From NCBI GenBank assembly GCA_002794465.1, contig MTSL01000122.1, positions 1 to 17,109 of the forward strand: a DNA stretch of 17,109 nt. Direction: 5' to 3'. The notes beneath the pieces are model-generated. The model worked only from the letters and a program-made list of their open reading frames with translations, made no database searches and was not told where the DNA came from. The stretch comes from Paramicrosporidium saccamoebae KSL3 (Eukaryota > Fungi > Cryptomycota). Position 1 is the stretch's first letter, and every line of letters begins with the position of its first letter. Shown here piece after piece: positions 15,354-17,109 of this stretch. The position numbers and the translations under genes were made by a program.

Positions 15354-16239
15354 ATGTGGAAGAAGCCTCATCTTTCGGCAGGCGCTAATAAGCTTGTATT
15401 CTTGCTGCGGATTGTTTCCTTGGCATCTGTCATTTATGGATTCCATTCTCATACCAGTGAACCTCAGTTTCGTATGCACCCCCCGTCCATGATTGCTAAT
15501 GGACCCAGAACAGCTGAATCAGGATCGTTATGGTGGAACCTTTGAGGTACAAGGATCGCTGAGTGTTCACGGTATATGCTTAGTTTCTGACAATGATTTC
15601 TGCTGCATTAACCGTGATAATCATGTCATTTGGGCTTATTTGCACCCTTCTTCAACGCTTTCAACGTTGGCCGTTCTCAGTGTTCTGTCATGTTTTAGGT
15701 TTCCATATGCATCTGGTCTCTATTGTTCTTCCCGTAGAGGCGGTTGTGACGCTCTGTTCATGGGCAATGTATGTATTCTTCCGTGACGGCATTCTCTCTC
15801 CCGAGGCTATTGCGATTGGGTGCAAAGCTAGCCACCTTATTGTGACATTTTAGATATCTAGAGTTTAACGATGTTACTCATTGCTGTCTGCATCTTATGC
15901 CGTTTGTGGGGCTATCGCTAGATTTCCTGGCAGAGATGGATCAATACAAGTAGCTCGTCATTCGAGACAGCCATTTACAAATGTAGATATCAAATGTGGC
16001 AAGGTGTGCTCGTGATTCTTTTTGGATTGTCCTATTTGGGATGGCTTGTTTTTCTGTACACCAAAAACAAGCGTTGGGTTTACTATTGTCTCACGCATCT
16101 GAGCAAACTAGAGTTCGCCGGGCTGGCCTTTTCCACCTGCCTGGGAGCATGGCTATCATGGTGCATAGTCGTGTTTGTGTGGCGACAAATGTTCAAAAAT
16201 CCATCGCCGAACGAAAAGGCGGCTCTCGACATGGTCTAA
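15354..16239 (+). CDS. FAR-17a/AIG1/ADTRP family multi-pass membrane protein (putative Thr/His lipid hydrolase), ~246 aa
   Basis: Five exons: 15354-15471, 15509-15546, 15584-15819, 15854-15949 and 15987-16239 (741 nt, in frame). Introns are 37, 37, 34 and 37 nt. Splicing creates the family motifs YGGTFE|FLT, LPVEAVVTLCSW, HCCLHLMPFVGLSLDFL and YLGWL...KRWVY. Confidence 0.8.
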
Positions 16240-16280
16240 CAGGTCCTAATACATTTTCTATTTTGTTGCTACCGGGGCAC

Positions 16281-17078
16281 ATGAAGCTGACAGCAGCACT
16301 AGTGAGCAGCAAGGCCGAAAAGACTGACGAGGCCAAGAGTCTGGACTTTTCCAAATGCAAGATTACTGAGGTTGAGGACATTTCGTTTTGTGTTTCGCTA
16401 CGGAAGCTGACCTTGTCACACAACTCGATCAAGAATTCCAAGTCTGTCGCGGCTTTGCGTCATTTGCCATCGTTGACTTGGCTGGACCTGTCGCACAACG
16501 AGCTGACTGAGATTGACGGAGTCTGTCAAATACAGTCCCTTAACGTCCTAAATGTTAGCAACAACAAGATTGATATAGTATCGACCCGCATTGTAACCAT
16601 GGTACATCTTCAGGCATTCATTGCCACTGACAACGGCATTACGGCTTTACCCTCCCTTCCCCCTAACCTGGATACAATTGTAATATCAAGGAACAAGATT
16701 GAAGATTTGGGTAGCTGTTTGCGTGGACTAGAGCTCCTTAAAAAGCTGTCTGCATCACACAATTTGCTAAGAAGCCTTCCAGATGTCTCCAAGTGTGCCT
16801 CTCTAAAGGAGCTTCGTCTGAACAATAATAGAATCCACACACTGGGGAATAAAGTCGTCATCCCCACTGGCACCAGCATTATTGATCTTGGGAAGAATTG
16901 TCTCACCACGTTTGAATCGCTCGAGATTATTCGAAATCTCCCTGCGCTCCGATCTCTAAATATTAGCGGAAATCCTTGGAAGGAAGATGACATTTCCCAA
17001 AAAGTGCGAGACTCTATCAAAACACTAAATATCCTAGACAATCAACGAATTGTTGAAAAGAAGCGTTCTAATAAATAG
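16281..17078 (+). CDS. Leucine-rich repeat protein (SDS22-like LRRs with LRRcap), ~265 aa
   Basis: Repeated LxxLxLSHNxL units are capped by LPALRSLNISGNP...LNILDNQRI and a short basic tail. The likely start is ATG 16281, because the supplied 15996 start overlaps the last exon of the AIG1-like gene in another frame. Confidence 0.85.
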   Translation: MKLTAALVSSKAEKTDEAKSLDFSKCKITEVEDISFCVSLRKLTLSHNSIKNSKSVAALRHLPSLTWLDLSHNELTEIDGVCQIQSLNVLNVSNNKIDIVSTRIVTMVHLQAFIATDNGITALPSLPPNLDTIVISRNKIEDLGSCLRGLELLKKLSASHNLLRSLPDVSKCASLKELRLNNNRIHTLGNKVVIPTGTSIIDLGKNCLTTFESLEIIRNLPALRSLNISGNPWKEDDISQKVRDSIKTLNILDNQRIVEKKRSNK

Positions 17079-17109
17079 AGTGAGTATATGTGTGTGGGGG
17101 GGGGGGGGG

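Noticed and set aside
15996-16280. N-terminal extension of the LRR ORF (360-aa version)
   Set aside because: It is an alternative frame of the last AIG1-like exon. The LRR fold begins after ATG 16281.
150-17078. A functional gene cluster (RNA processing: MED7, THOC7, UTP12, TRA2)
   Set aside because: These are unrelated housekeeping genes from different complexes, interleaved with others. Co-location is explained by overall gene density.
17096-17109. Terminal poly-G run (14 G)
   Set aside because: It sits at the very end of the window, so it is likely a contig end, homopolymer break or two-colour sequencing artefact. It cannot be interpreted.

Overview
Eukaryotic, very gene-dense window. 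It is not prokaryotic, and there is no CRISPR array or mobile element. It holds one tRNA-Asn(GTT) gene and 12 protein-coding genes. Most must be rebuilt by splicing 14 very short GT-AG introns (29-37 nt) that fragment the supplied ORF track. In order: tRNA-Asn(-); P5A-ATPase SPF1/ATP13A1(+); a compact RING + tandem-BRCT BRCA1/BARD1-like gene(-); a small putative mitochondrial protein(+); cytosolic lysyl-tRNA synthetase(+); DNAJC11(-); MED7-like(+); thioredoxin(-); THOC7(+); UTP12/DIP2(+); TRA2-like SR protein(+); AIG1/ADTRP (FAR-17a) membrane hydrolase(+); an LRR protein(+). Tiny introns, tiny intergenic spacers and retained mitochondrial genes suggest a compacted early-diverging fungal or rozellid-type genome (for example Paramicrosporidium-like). 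That placement is inference, not a database result. The most notable signals are: (1) a minimal ~390-aa BRCA1/BARD1-like protein with an intact phosphopeptide pocket; (2) two divergent genes whose ATGs are only 3 bp apart (CAT-GGG-ATG); (3) micro-introns that mostly lack the +5G of the 5' splice site; (4) three perfect Gcn4/AP-1 sites upstream of the LysRS gene; (5) several intergenic minisatellites. All gene models and family calls come from manual reading and remembered family motifs, with no searches run.
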